Of a stretch of 64,000 nt of DNA, positions 17,158 through 27,248 are shown piece by piece. The notes beneath the pieces are model-generated. The model was not told where the DNA came from, did no database searches, and worked only from the letters and a program-made list of their open reading frames with translations. The translations under genes were made by a program, and so were the position numbers. The stretch's first letter is position 1. The number at the start of each line of letters is the position of its first letter. This DNA is from Nitrosopumilus sp. (GTDB lineage Archaea > Thermoproteota > Nitrososphaeria > Nitrososphaerales > Nitrosopumilaceae), in contig OZ250186.1 in the NCBI GenBank assembly GCA_965238275.1, positions 832,001 through 896,000 of the forward strand, read 5' to 3'.

Positions 17158-20100
17158 TTGTTGAACAGAGCTTGGATCCTGCTGCCTATCCTGACAGCAT
17201 CTGTATTGATAGCCGGATATGATGCCGCATACGGCCTGCTCCCGCCGGCGCCAAGTTCTACCACGTATACCACACATAACGGCATGCTCGTCATAGAGTT
17301 CAGCGAGCCGGTAACCATGATCGACTATTCAAAGATACACATACGCAGTGGCGACACCGGCATCACACTTGCAGACGTGGTAGTGAAAACAAACGATACC
17401 GATACCATAACTGCCACGTTCAACCCCAACCAGAAGGCGACCTTTGAGACCATGATCCTTCCCAGACTGGCAGTGGATCATGCCGCCGTATTAGGACAGA
17501 TTGACACCCCGATTCTGGAGGGAAGACACATCATTACCATACATGACACCAAACCGCCCGGGTTTGTATCTGCTGTATACAATGCAACTGATAAGCAGGT
17601 ACGCATCACGTTTGATGAAAGGATCATCAAACCGGTTGATCGTACAAAACTGCATCTCCGCGAGTCCGGCAACAGCACGGGTGGCATTACGCTTACCTCT
17701 ACCAATATTGTACATTATCACGGAGACACCCTAATTGTTAATCTTAAGTCGCCCCAAAATGCGACATTTGGCGGGTTTGACATGCCACAACTGGACATTG
17801 ATGCCGGCGCCGTGTCTGATGAATCGGGCAATCTGATTGCCGTCGCGCCGGACCAGCGAATCGACACAGACGACGCGATCGCACCGTCGGTGGAATCGGT
17901 GAAATACGATACCAATCTGAGACTGCTGCTCATCACGTTTGACGAGCCGGTAGCGGAACTGGCCTATTCAAAGATGCACATCCGAGATTCCGGCAACAGC
18001 ACCGGCGGCATCACTCTCTCCTACATAGGCCCTCGACACCATATTGCCAATACGGTGTCTGTCTTGCTTGATACGCCCAAGACAGCAACATTCCATGAAA
18101 TGTCTGCCCCCCAGCTGGACGTGGATCCTGGCGCGGTGTCTGATTTCTCTGGAAACGGCATAGCCGCCGCCCAAAACGACATTACAATCGCCATAAGCGA
18201 TACCGTCCGGCCGGTCTTCGAGTCTGCACGTTACAGCACCAGCGATAGTGTCCTGAGCATCACGTTCAGCGAGAACGTGACTGTCGGCGGCTCTCAGAGA
18301 CTGTACATACATGATATCAACTACAATCATACAAACGGCATATCCCTTGGCACAGACGATCTCAGTTTCGCACTAGGCAACGTCGTAAACGCCACACTGA
18401 ATTCGTCCCATATAGATGCCATAGACAGTATGCACGCCCCGCGGCTGCACATCCCTCAGGGTACAGTATATGACGGTTTGGGCAATGGGATAGCACCTGC
18501 TGCGGACTTGGAGATAATCATAGACGATGCCGCACCGCCTGCGCTGGTTCACGTTGAATACTCCACAGATGACGACAAAGTATATCTCACATTCAACATG
18601 CCCGTGGACAATCCGAACCACTCGAAGCTACGCATACACGATTCTGGCACCATTCTCGGCAGCATTCAGTTTAACAACACCATATTCGTACGCACTGAAG
18701 GTGACACCATGACTGCCTATCTTCACGACGCTCAGGAGAAGGCGATAGAATCCATGGCAGCGCCGCAGCTGGACATTGATGCAGCTGCGGTATCTGATGC
18801 TGCCGACGCCTTAAACACGATTCGGCCAGCTGCCAACCTGACCATCAGCATACCTGACACCATTCCCCCAGAACTTGCTTCTGCAACGTACACCACCGGT
18901 GACGGCACGCTGACTGTCACGTTTGACGAGCCGATATCCCTGCTAAACTATGCAAAGATGCACATCCGCGACTTGAGTACCTCCAGCAGCGGCATCAGCC
19001 TTGCCGACGTCGTCTCGATACGACATACCGCCGGTACCGATACCGTGACTGCCACACTCGACTCACTCCAGAGGACCGCCTTTGAGACCATGGAAAGCCA
19101 CATCCTTAGGATAGACGAGTCTGCAGCGTACGACACGGCTGCGGCATACGACATGTCTGCCAACGCCATCCGGGCAAAAATCCTTTTGATCAACGTATTA
19201 GATACTACTCCACCGGCGTTTGTATCATCCACGTATGATGCAGTTCTGAACATGACAACTGTCACGTTTGATGAAAGGATCATCGAACCGGTTGATTATA
19301 CAAAACTGCACATCCGCGACTCCGGCAGCGATACGGGCGGCATTACGCTTATAGATGTCTCGCCGAAAGTGCACCGTATAAATTCCCTCAGTGTTACGCT
19401 TAACGCGTCCCAAAATGACGCATTTGGAAATCTTACTGCACCCCAGCTGGACATTGATGCCGGTGCCGTGTCTGACGAATCAGACAATTCGATTGCCGCC
19501 ACGACAGACCGGCCAATCATCCAAGACAACAGGACCCTGCCGCTTGTGGTATCGGTGGAATACGACACCAATCTGGAAATGCTGAGCATCACGTTTGACG
19601 AGCCGGTACACACGCCGGATTATTCCGGACTGCGCATCCGTGATTCCGGCATCCACACCGGCGGCATTCAGTTTGACGAGATTCCGCGGAGACACCAGGC
19701 AGGCACCATGATGCATGTCATACTAAACGCGAGCTTGGTAGGTGAATTCAACGCAATGTCCGAACCCCGGCTGGCCATCGACCAGGATGCCGTGCGCGAC
19801 TACTCTGACAACGAAATTACCGGCACCATCAAAATCCCAATCACGATAAATGACACCACCCGGCCGTCGGTTGAATATGCCGCATACAAGATGAAACACG
19901 TTGAAGAACCAAAAATCACATCTGCCGTATACCATCCGGGATTCGGCAACATGACGCTCATGTTCAATGAACCAGTAACGGAGCCGGATCTTGCAGACCT
20001 GTACGTCCGCGACTATGTACACTACGTGTCCCTTAACATGTCCCATGACATGTCCAGGCAAGACCCGATAACCAACCAGTCCATTACAGTCTGGTTTGAC

Positions 20101-21897
20101 CCACCTCACCAGTCTGAAATCCACTATCTGAACACCCCGTTGTTTGGTATCAAACGTGACGCCGTGTCTGATAATGCAACCACTCCAAATCAGATTCTGC
20201 CCTTCCTTGACAAGTTCACCGTAGTCGACATAACTCCGCCCAGACTTATCATCGCAATCAAGTCTCTCCCTGACACAGTTGACCTGTACTTACTTGAGGA
20301 TGTTGTCAGCGTGAATGCCACCTCTGGGGACTTTGCAGTGGAGTACGGCAATATCCCAATCCCAGCATCCAAAATCGAAACCTTCGGCGATCACATCAGG
20401 TTGACGTTCACTACTCCCCTGCCTGATGATATACCCAGCGTCGACCCGTACATCACCTATACCCGGACACTCGGAACCATAGAGGACCTTTCAGGAAACA
20501 TTTTTGAAGACATTGAAGATGAATACTTTCCTTTGTATCCAGTTGAATCCGTCACATTTGTTAATGCGGAGCCAGTATCTGTTGGTGGCGAGCCAGTAAT
20601 AGCAGCACAACAACAACAGAGCTTGGATGACAATGAAGAGGACGACGTACAGAACGACGGCGTCAACCGCGAGAACGGCAACGGCATCGACGGCATCGAC
20701 GGCATCGACGGCATCGACGGCAACGGGGACGGCGGTAGCAGCGGCAACGGGGACGGCGGTAGCAGCGGCAACGGGGACGGCGGTAGCAGCGGCAACGGGG
20801 ACGGCGGTAGCAGCGGCAACGGGGACGGCGGTAGCAGCGGCAACGGGGACGGCGGTAGCAGCGGCAACGGGGACGGCGGTAGCAGCGGCAACGGGGACGG
20901 CGGTAGCAGCGGCAACGGGGACGGCGGTAGCAGCGGCAACGGGGACGGCGGTAGCAGCGGCAACGGGGACGGCGGTAGCAGCGGCAACGGCGGCAACGGC
21001 AACCCGGGCTCATCCGGAATCATCTCCAGTAACAATCACAGATCCAGCTCGAGCGGCGGCAGCAACGATCCCCCGGTCTTGGATCTTAACGCGCTGCGCG
21101 ATTCCCAATTTAACATAGATATCCCGTATGCATTACTGCAAATCGTCCATGACCCTGATTGGCGCACGCCCATATCCCCGATTGTCGTCAACTGCACGTT
21201 TGACTACCCCGTGACGATAAACGGCCTAGGGTATCCGCTGGCAGGTCTGTCCAACACGCTTGACTCGCAGGAAGTTGTGGCCGACCAGCCGACCAGCATC
21301 GACTTTGTCCTATACGACTACAACACAATTGCCCACTTTACCCTCTACATGAACCTGCATGATACGGACATACACTACTTCAACAGCGACACGTTCATCA
21401 GGCTTGACAACGGCAACCTTCAGGTGACGGATCCTAACGGCTGGCTTGCAAACGTCACTGTGACGCAGGAGACAGACGAGAAATACTCGTTCAAGACCAA
21501 TGTCAACTTCCTTGTCACGTTTAATGAGACAATGGGAAACACCAATCTGGTGGCCAGAACATGGGACAGTCGGTCCTCCACCACACTGGCACACATGATA
21601 GATGCAATCACGGTAATACCTGCAGCCAACGCCACTGCAACGCCGATTCCGGCAGACCCCTTAGTTCCCGCACCCGACCCGGGAACTTCCGAGGCCGACA
21701 TGCTGTTGGCCATCCGCATGTGGGCAGGATTTGACTCCACGCCTGCAACCGATGCCGAACTGCTTGAGGCGCTGAACCTGCCGCAGGACGGAGAAATCCC
21801 GTCATGGGTAAAGCCAAACCTGGGCAGAATGGTCTCACTGGGCGATATCACAGTTGCCGAGTTCGTAACCGCGGTGTCGTGCCTGCTCGGGGTCTGA
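17158..21897 (+). CDS. large secreted/surface protein with about 9-10 Ig-like repeats, Gly-rich linker and thaumarchaeal C-terminal domain
   Basis: Signal peptide; repeats TFDE...Y.K.HIRDSG..TGGI...PQLDIDAGAVSD.SGN; C-terminus IPSWVK...GDITVAEFVTAV. Confidence 0.85.
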   Translation: MLNRAWILLPILTASVLIAGYDAAYGLLPPAPSSTTYTTHNGMLVIEFSEPVTMIDYSKIHIRSGDTGITLADVVVKTNDTDTITATFNPNQKATFETMILPRLAVDHAAVLGQIDTPILEGRHIITIHDTKPPGFVSAVYNATDKQVRITFDERIIKPVDRTKLHLRESGNSTGGITLTSTNIVHYHGDTLIVNLKSPQNATFGGFDMPQLDIDAGAVSDESGNLIAVAPDQRIDTDDAIAPSVESVKYDTNLRLLLITFDEPVAELAYSKMHIRDSGNSTGGITLSYIGPRHHIANTVSVLLDTPKTATFHEMSAPQLDVDPGAVSDFSGNGIAAAQNDITIAISDTVRPVFESARYSTSDSVLSITFSENVTVGGSQRLYIHDINYNHTNGISLGTDDLSFALGNVVNATLNSSHIDAIDSMHAPRLHIPQGTVYDGLGNGIAPAADLEIIIDDAAPPALVHVEYSTDDDKVYLTFNMPVDNPNHSKLRIHDSGTILGSIQFNNTIFVRTEGDTMTAYLHDAQEKAIESMAAPQLDIDAAAVSDAADALNTIRPAANLTISIPDTIPPELASATYTTGDGTLTVTFDEPISLLNYAKMHIRDLSTSSSGISLADVVSIRHTAGTDTVTATLDSLQRTAFETMESHILRIDESAAYDTAAAYDMSANAIRAKILLINVLDTTPPAFVSSTYDAVLNMTTVTFDERIIEPVDYTKLHIRDSGSDTGGITLIDVSPKVHRINSLSVTLNASQNDAFGNLTAPQLDIDAGAVSDESDNSIAATTDRPIIQDNRTLPLVVSVEYDTNLEMLSITFDEPVHTPDYSGLRIRDSGIHTGGIQFDEIPRRHQAGTMMHVILNASLVGEFNAMSEPRLAIDQDAVRDYSDNEITGTIKIPITINDTTRPSVEYAAYKMKHVEEPKITSAVYHPGFGNMTLMFNEPVTEPDLADLYVRDYVHYVSLNMSHDMSRQDPITNQSITVWFDPPHQSEIHYLNTPLFGIKRDAVSDNATTPNQILPFLDKFTVVDITPPRLIIAIKSLPDTVDLYLLEDVVSVNATSGDFAVEYGNIPIPASKIETFGDHIRLTFTTPLPDDIPSVDPYITYTRTLGTIEDLSGNIFEDIEDEYFPLYPVESVTFVNAEPVSVGGEPVIAAQQQQSLDDNEEDDVQNDGVNRENGNGIDGIDGIDGIDGNGDGGSSGNGDGGSSGNGDGGSSGNGDGGSSGNGDGGSSGNGDGGSSGNGDGGSSGNGDGGSSGNGDGGSSGNGDGGSSGNGDGGSSGNGGNGNPGSSGIISSNNHRSSSSGGSNDPPVLDLNALRDSQFNIDIPYALLQIVHDPDWRTPISPIVVNCTFDYPVTINGLGYPLAGLSNTLDSQEVVADQPTSIDFVLYDYNTIAHFTLYMNLHDTDIHYFNSDTFIRLDNGNLQVTDPNGWLANVTVTQETDEKYSFKTNVNFLVTFNETMGNTNLVARTWDSRSSTTLAHMIDAITVIPAANATATPIPADPLVPAPDPGTSEADMLLAIRMWAGFDSTPATDAELLEALNLPQDGEIPSWVKPNLGRMVSLGDITVAEFVTAVSCLLGV
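20683..20982 (+). repeat. in-frame tandem repeats: (GGCATCGAC)x4 then (GGCAACGGGGACGGCGGTAGCAGC)x11
   Basis: 9-bp unit 20683-20718; perfect 24-bp unit 20719-20982 encoding GNGDGGSS. Confidence 0.97.
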
Positions 21898-21967
21898 ACA
21901 ACTCCTGCCGTGCTGCGGTTCTCCTGCATCATCGGTTGGTGACACAAAATCAGGATCTTCTCCAGAT

Positions 21968-22144
21968 TCACTCGTCTGGTCTGCGCACCATTATGTCATC
22001 GCCGGAAATGACAAACTTTAGTTTGTCGGGATTGCCAAGCATTTCAAGTATCGGTTTTGGTATGTAGCTGTAGTTTGTCAGACGCTTCTCGTTTTTGATC
22101 ACAGAAACGGTAAATTCCTTGGCGTCTTTGGCCCACTGGGTCAT
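21968..22144 (-). CDS. IS passenger gene, AbrB/MazE-like small DNA-binding protein (58 aa)
   Basis: MTQWAKDAKEFTVSVIKNEKRLTNYSYIPKPILEMLGNPDKLKFVISGDDIMVRRPDE*; same sequence in all three IS copies. Confidence 0.65.
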   Translation of the reverse strand: MTQWAKDAKEFTVSVIKNEKRLTNYSYIPKPILEMLGNPDKLKFVISGDDIMVRRPDE

Positions 22145-22215
22145 GAATTTTTTTTAGCTGCCTGTTATTTAAGACTGGTAGAAAGATCTATGTAATAATA
22201 CCAATTGGTTTATTT

Positions 22216-23361
22216 ATGAACAGGGCAAAACGCGCCAAAACGGCGGCAAGGCAGGGACAGGTGATCAGCAACGACCCAAAGCAGGTGAGGATGACAAGTC
22301 TCAGACGATGGAATGTGGCATCGCAGTCTATTCCAGGACTGTGGTATCTGGTGATTCTTGGCTCTGCCGGGTTTGTATGCGCGTGCCAGCATTACGTCAA
22401 TTGTGACGGCCTGTGCAAGCACGTGCGGGCAGTGGACGTGTTGCTTGGCCGGATGTGGGACCGGTGCAGGAACCAAAATACAATTGTCATTAGCATGCCT
22501 CAGACTGCATGCCACCATTGCAAGTCGACTGTGTTTGCACGCAACGGGCACCGGCACAACGCGTACGGGCCGATCCGGCGGTACCGGTGTAAGCCGTGCG
22601 GCCGGACATTCTCCGGACGGCCGGGCTTCAAGAAGCGCCATGCCGGCCCGGAGGCGATATCCCGGGCGCTCAGGGAGGCAGCGTACGGGCTGTCCTGCGC
22701 TGCGGTGCAGGCAGTGATGGCACAGGACGGAACAACCGTGCATTCAAGCACGATATACAGGTGGACTGCGCATTATTCGACGCTGATGGATGAATATTCA
22801 AGGCGGCTGCAGCCGCGCACGAGCTACAAGTGGCACTGTGACGAGATACATTTCAAGGTTCGCGCGCAGGCGCGGTGGCTTTTTGCCGTCATGGACGGCG
22901 CCAGCAGGTTCATACTGTCCCATGACGTGTCTGAGACAAAACTCAACTACAGACCCGCCCCCCTGTTTGCAGCCGCAAGGAATCTGGCCGGAACCACCCC
23001 GTGGGTGCTGGTAACAGACGGCCTGCAGGCGTTTTGTCCTGCCGCCCGCAGGGCGTTTTGGAGACGCAACGGCTTCAGGCTGATCCACGTCCGGGAGATT
23101 CACCTGAAGAACCGCTTCAGTCATAACAACAAGCACGAGAGGCTTAACGGTGAATTCAAGGATCGCATCAAGACCGCCCGCGAGTTCGGGACAGAAAGTC
23201 CCGCGCTTGTGCGGCTGATGATCGTCCACCACAACTTTTTCCGCCCCCATGGCGGCATTGGCAAAATTACACCCGCAGAGGCCGCAGGGATCGTCATATC
23301 TGGAACGGACAAGCAGATCACCCTCATCAGTAATGCAGCAGCTGCTGCAGCAGCAGCGTAG
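22216..23361 (+). CDS. DDE transposase (IS6/IS240-like) with N-terminal SWIM finger and Zn ribbon
   Basis: CAC...CKH SWIM; CHHC...RNG...YRCKPC; WHCDE, WLFAVMD, VTDG, NNKHERLN. Confidence 0.88.
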   Translation: MNRAKRAKTAARQGQVISNDPKQVRMTSLRRWNVASQSIPGLWYLVILGSAGFVCACQHYVNCDGLCKHVRAVDVLLGRMWDRCRNQNTIVISMPQTACHHCKSTVFARNGHRHNAYGPIRRYRCKPCGRTFSGRPGFKKRHAGPEAISRALREAAYGLSCAAVQAVMAQDGTTVHSSTIYRWTAHYSTLMDEYSRRLQPRTSYKWHCDEIHFKVRAQARWLFAVMDGASRFILSHDVSETKLNYRPAPLFAAARNLAGTTPWVLVTDGLQAFCPAARRAFWRRNGFRLIHVREIHLKNRFSHNNKHERLNGEFKDRIKTAREFGTESPALVRLMIVHHNFFRPHGGIGKITPAEAAGIVISGTDKQITLISNAAAAAAAA

Positions 23362-23655
23362 TCGCAGCAGCAGCAGTAGCAACGGCAGCTGTAGCAACGG
23401 CAGCGACACACGTAGCCCAGACTGGCCTTGGCGTGATGGATGTCCCATCAATGCATGTCATGGCAATGACTGGGATTATCCATCACAACTGGCAGATTCT
23501 CCCTAGAGGAATTATGATTTAATGGGGAATGGCATAACGGTGCGTAAAACAGCAAGTAAATCTGGAGAAGATCCTGAATTTGTGCCACCAACCGATGATG
23601 CAGGAGAACCCCGTGCTGCTCACACTGATATATCTCCAAGTATGCCAGATGTGCA

Positions 23656-24732
23656 ATGAGGGCGCTGGTATACGACAGGTATGCAGTTGACGACGACTAT
23701 TCCAAGATACTGCAGATCCGGGATGTTCCCCGCCCGACCCCCGGCCCCGGCCAGGTCGTATTCCGTGTAGAGGCCGCCGCGCTCAACTATGACGACATCT
23801 GGGGCATGAGGGGCAAGCCCCTGGCAGTCCCACTGCCCCACATCTCCGGCACCGACGCTGCCGGCGAGGTGGTCGCGGTGGGAAGCGACGTCCGCGGCAT
23901 TAGTATAGGCGACAGGATAGTCTCGCACGGAAACCTATCCTGCAGGGTCTGCAGCGCATGCACCGGCGGAAGAGAGTACGACTGTCCAAAAAGATCCATC
24001 TGGGGGTTTGAGACCGGACCCCTGTGGGGCGGATACTGTGAGTATGCCCACCTTCCCGAGTACAACGCAGTCCGGATTCCCGACGGCGTCTCATACGACG
24101 ACGCGGCTGCTGCATCCATGACCCTTATGACGTCATGGCACATGCTTGTGGGCCGGGCCAGAATACAGCCGGGCCAGCTGGTATTGGTAATGGGCGGGGG
24201 TTCGGGGGTTGGCAACTATGGCATCCAGATCGCCAAGATGCACGGGTGTGTGGTGATTGCCACTGCCAGTCCGGACAAGCTTGACAGGCTGTTGGACCTG
24301 GGGGCAGACTATGCAGTGGATCACCGGCAGGACGACTGGCACCGGCAGGTAAGGAAGATTGCAGGCAGCCTTCCGGTGCCATACGGCGACGTGCCCGGGG
24401 TGGATGTGATATTTGAGCATATAGGGGGATCCCACTGGAACCGGGAGCTTGCCCTGCTCAACTACGGCGGAACCATAGTCACCACGGGAGCCACTACGGG
24501 GTATGATGCCCGAACCGACCTGCGCCACATATTCTTCAAGGGAATCAACATACTCGGATCCACCCAGGGCACCAGGGCCGAGCTGGAACAGGGACTCTAC
24601 TGGATGTCCAGGGGCAAGATAAGATCCGTCATAGACTCGGTGTATCCGCTGGAGGATGCAGTCCAGGCGCACACGAGAATGCTGCGCGGCAAGGGGCTGT
24701 TCGGAAAGATCCTGATAAAGCTGCAACTGTAG
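23656..24732 (+). CDS. zinc-binding MDR alcohol dehydrogenase/reductase (possible acryloyl-CoA reductase-type)
   Basis: PHISGTDAAGEV, structural Zn CRVCSAC...C, GGGSGVG, FGKILI. Confidence 0.85.
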   Translation: MRALVYDRYAVDDDYSKILQIRDVPRPTPGPGQVVFRVEAAALNYDDIWGMRGKPLAVPLPHISGTDAAGEVVAVGSDVRGISIGDRIVSHGNLSCRVCSACTGGREYDCPKRSIWGFETGPLWGGYCEYAHLPEYNAVRIPDGVSYDDAAAASMTLMTSWHMLVGRARIQPGQLVLVMGGGSGVGNYGIQIAKMHGCVVIATASPDKLDRLLDLGADYAVDHRQDDWHRQVRKIAGSLPVPYGDVPGVDVIFEHIGGSHWNRELALLNYGGTIVTTGATTGYDARTDLRHIFFKGINILGSTQGTRAELEQGLYWMSRGKIRSVIDSVYPLEDAVQAHTRMLRGKGLFGKILIKLQL

Positions 24733-24748
24733 GGCAAATACCATCCGG

Positions 24749-25744
24749 CTACAGCCAGTGGGGAATCTCCAGATACCCTTCGATGTCCTCGTTTCGCAGA
24801 ACCTTGAGCAGGGCGTTTGCCTGCGGTGTGGACAGGACCGGCATGTCAAACTGGTTGTCAGTGGATATTCTGGGGCACGCCACCTGCACGAATGCGTCAA
24901 TACCCCTGATGTTTCTGAGCCTCTCGTTTGTTATGTCTGTCATCGCAAACAACTGTACCTTCTTGCCTTCTTTTTCAAGATCCCTTTTGATCTTCAGGGC
25001 AAACACCTTTGACAGCTGCCCTTCCTTGAGCCCCACTATCACCCCGAACGTCTTTGCCTGTGCTGCCTTGTACACCGCCAGGGTGGCCTTTCTCTTGAGC
25101 TTTTGCGCAAACTCGCTCACCTCTCTTACCTCGTTGAAGTAGGGATCCAGCACGTAGGTGGGCAGGCCAGTAGAGAGTGCGACGCCTGCGGCATGAAAGT
25201 TGCTCTGCCCGAGGAACACGTACGCATCCACCGTCTTCTTTAGTTCTGTAGCGGGATAAAACTCGCATCCAAACACCTGCCCGTCGTTTAGCTGGCCCTT
25301 TCCGCTGCCTATCACGACCTTGACTCCGTCGGCTTCAAGTATTTTCCTGACCGGCTCCACCTGGCGCAGGTGCTGGCTGTCGGTGACAAGTCCGACTGTC
25401 TTGCCTGCAAGCATGTCTGCGCACTTTTTTGCCACGCTGTCAAATCCCACGTCGTCAAAGGCGTCAACCAGTATCGTGGTTCCATCCGGAGACTCGGTGT
25501 TTATGGTGTGGCCTATGTTGAAGTGTATTCCGGCGCCAAGAACCTCGGCACCCTTGGCGTTGAGGTCGCACGTCCCCCACGTCGTGTCTGCAATGACGTA
25601 TGCCGGGATTCCAAACCTTTCTGTTATCTTTACTGCCGTATCCTGAACGCCGGCAATTATCCCCTCCGGGCCGTTGAGCGAGACAGATGCAGGCTGCCTC
25701 CTTTCAATCTCCTCAAATATCCTCTCCTCGTCTATTACTATCAA
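24749..25744 (-). CDS. dph2: diphthamide biosynthesis protein Dph2
   Basis: TWGTCD, GQVFGC, GLKEGQ, VACPRI cysteine motifs. Confidence 0.93.
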   Translation of the reverse strand: MIVIDEERIFEEIERRQPASVSLNGPEGIIAGVQDTAVKITERFGIPAYVIADTTWGTCDLNAKGAEVLGAGIHFNIGHTINTESPDGTTILVDAFDDVGFDSVAKKCADMLAGKTVGLVTDSQHLRQVEPVRKILEADGVKVVIGSGKGQLNDGQVFGCEFYPATELKKTVDAYVFLGQSNFHAAGVALSTGLPTYVLDPYFNEVREVSEFAQKLKRKATLAVYKAAQAKTFGVIVGLKEGQLSKVFALKIKRDLEKEGKKVQLFAMTDITNERLRNIRGIDAFVQVACPRISTDNQFDMPVLSTPQANALLKVLRNEDIEGYLEIPHWL

Positions 25745-25925
25745 TGTCAGATTGTGGTGCTGTGCTTTTAATTTAAACCAAATGGCTTTGCCGTGTCAGA
25801 ACAGATGTCTGGACAGATAAGAATTCGTTTGGATTAGTATGCAGACTTGGACTGGCAATCTCAGACTTGACCATTCACCTACAGGAACCGCCAACAACTA
25901 AAAATACCCACGCCATACTGACTCC

Positions 25926-27248
25926 ATGGAAATTCTGCACATCGGGTTTGACGATACCGACTCCCCCGAGGGAATGTGCACCACGTTTCTTGCCTACAAG
26001 ACGGCAGGCATGCTGCTCAAACAAGGGGACGTGTTTTTGGACTTTCCAAGGCTCGTTCGCTTCAATCCCAACATACCGTGGAAGACCCGGGGAAACGGGG
26101 CAGTCTCGATGAAGATCTCCACTGACAATCCCGACCGTGCCAAGGAACTGGTGCGGGATGTCGTGACCCAATACTCTGACACTGCCAACGGGGCCAACCC
26201 CGGGCTGGTGTTTGTCGAGGGAGACGAGATCCCGCCGGAATTTGCAGACCTTGGCCGCCTGGCGCTGTGGCAGCTTGTCAGCCGGGGCAGCGCAAGACGA
26301 CTGGTTCAAAGGAACAAACTTGACTACCTTTCCCTAGGGAACGGCCAGGGGTTGGTTGGCGCGATAGGCGCGATAGGGTACGAGTTTGGAGACTGCACGC
26401 TAGAACTTTTGGCATACCGCGCAAGAGGAATGCTGGGACAAAAGAGAAGAATATCTGCCAGCAGCGTCAAGGCCATGCAGGAAGAGACGTTTCCAGACAC
26501 CTTTGGCAGCGTTGACGACGCAAGCGGGCGCGTGCTGATAGCGCCGCACGGATCCGATCCCGTATTCTACGGGATTCGTGGGGAACGAGCCGACCGGCTG
26601 GTGCTGGCAGCAGGAATGCTTGAAAGTGACGAGCGGCCAGTCGGCCACATGATATTCAAGTCAAACCAGGGCACGGGCGACCATCTCCGGCATGACCTGG
26701 ATGAAAGCACCATGACACCCTACACTTCCGGAAGAATCACCGGAACCGTGTCTGTCCGGCCGCGGATCATGCGCGGCGGGCACGTCGTGTTTGGCGTAAA
26801 ATCAAACGGAGTTGAATTCGGATGCGCAGTATACCGTCCCACGGGATTCTCCACTGCGGCCTCGCACCTGATGCCCGGCGACAGGGTGTGCGCGGGCGGC
26901 GGCATAAGGCGCGCATCACCAAACCATCCCAGGACGATCAGCTTGGAGTTCCTTGATGTGCAGGGCCTTCAGACCGACGTTGTCCCCTCAAACCCCCGGT
27001 GCCCGAAGTGCTCCAAGAGGATGAAATCCAAGGGACGCGGGCAGGGGTTCAAGTGCGTCCGTTGCGGCACGACATCGGAGCGGAAGGAGGATGCCGTCAT
27101 GCCCCGATTGGTTCGATGCCAGACGTACACGCCTGTAGCATCTGCCCGGAGGCACCTTACCCGCCCTCCGGAGCGGATTGGAAGATGCAATACTGCTCCA
27201 TTTGACGGATCGGTTTCGTGGTTTTATAGTAATAATAGCGGGGAGTAG
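25926..27248 (+). CDS. tiaS: tRNA(Ile2) agmatinylcytidine synthase
   Basis: IGFDDTDS..GMCTT, RLVRFNPNIPWKTRGNGA, SNQGTGDHL, Zn ribbon, RRHLTRP. Confidence 0.95.
   Translation: MEILHIGFDDTDSPEGMCTTFLAYKTAGMLLKQGDVFLDFPRLVRFNPNIPWKTRGNGAVSMKISTDNPDRAKELVRDVVTQYSDTANGANPGLVFVEGDEIPPEFADLGRLALWQLVSRGSARRLVQRNKLDYLSLGNGQGLVGAIGAIGYEFGDCTLELLAYRARGMLGQKRRISASSVKAMQEETFPDTFGSVDDASGRVLIAPHGSDPVFYGIRGERADRLVLAAGMLESDERPVGHMIFKSNQGTGDHLRHDLDESTMTPYTSGRITGTVSVRPRIMRGGHVVFGVKSNGVEFGCAVYRPTGFSTAASHLMPGDRVCAGGGIRRASPNHPRTISLEFLDVQGLQTDVVPSNPRCPKCSKRMKSKGRGQGFKCVRCGTTSERKEDAVMPRLVRCQTYTPVASARRHLTRPPERIGRCNTAPFDGSVSWFYSNNSGE

Larger units (their letters stand above)
21917..23610 (+). mobile_element. IS6-like insertion sequence, copy 1 (complete, 1694 bp)
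   Basis: About 50-bp TIRs GGTTCTCCTGCATCATCGGTTGGTG...; 9-bp target duplication CCGTGCTGC at 21908-21916 and 23611-23619. Confidence 0.92.

Noticed and set aside
20719-20982. Possible CRISPR array
   Set aside because: Head-to-tail repeats with no spacers, in frame within a CDS; no cas genes in the window.
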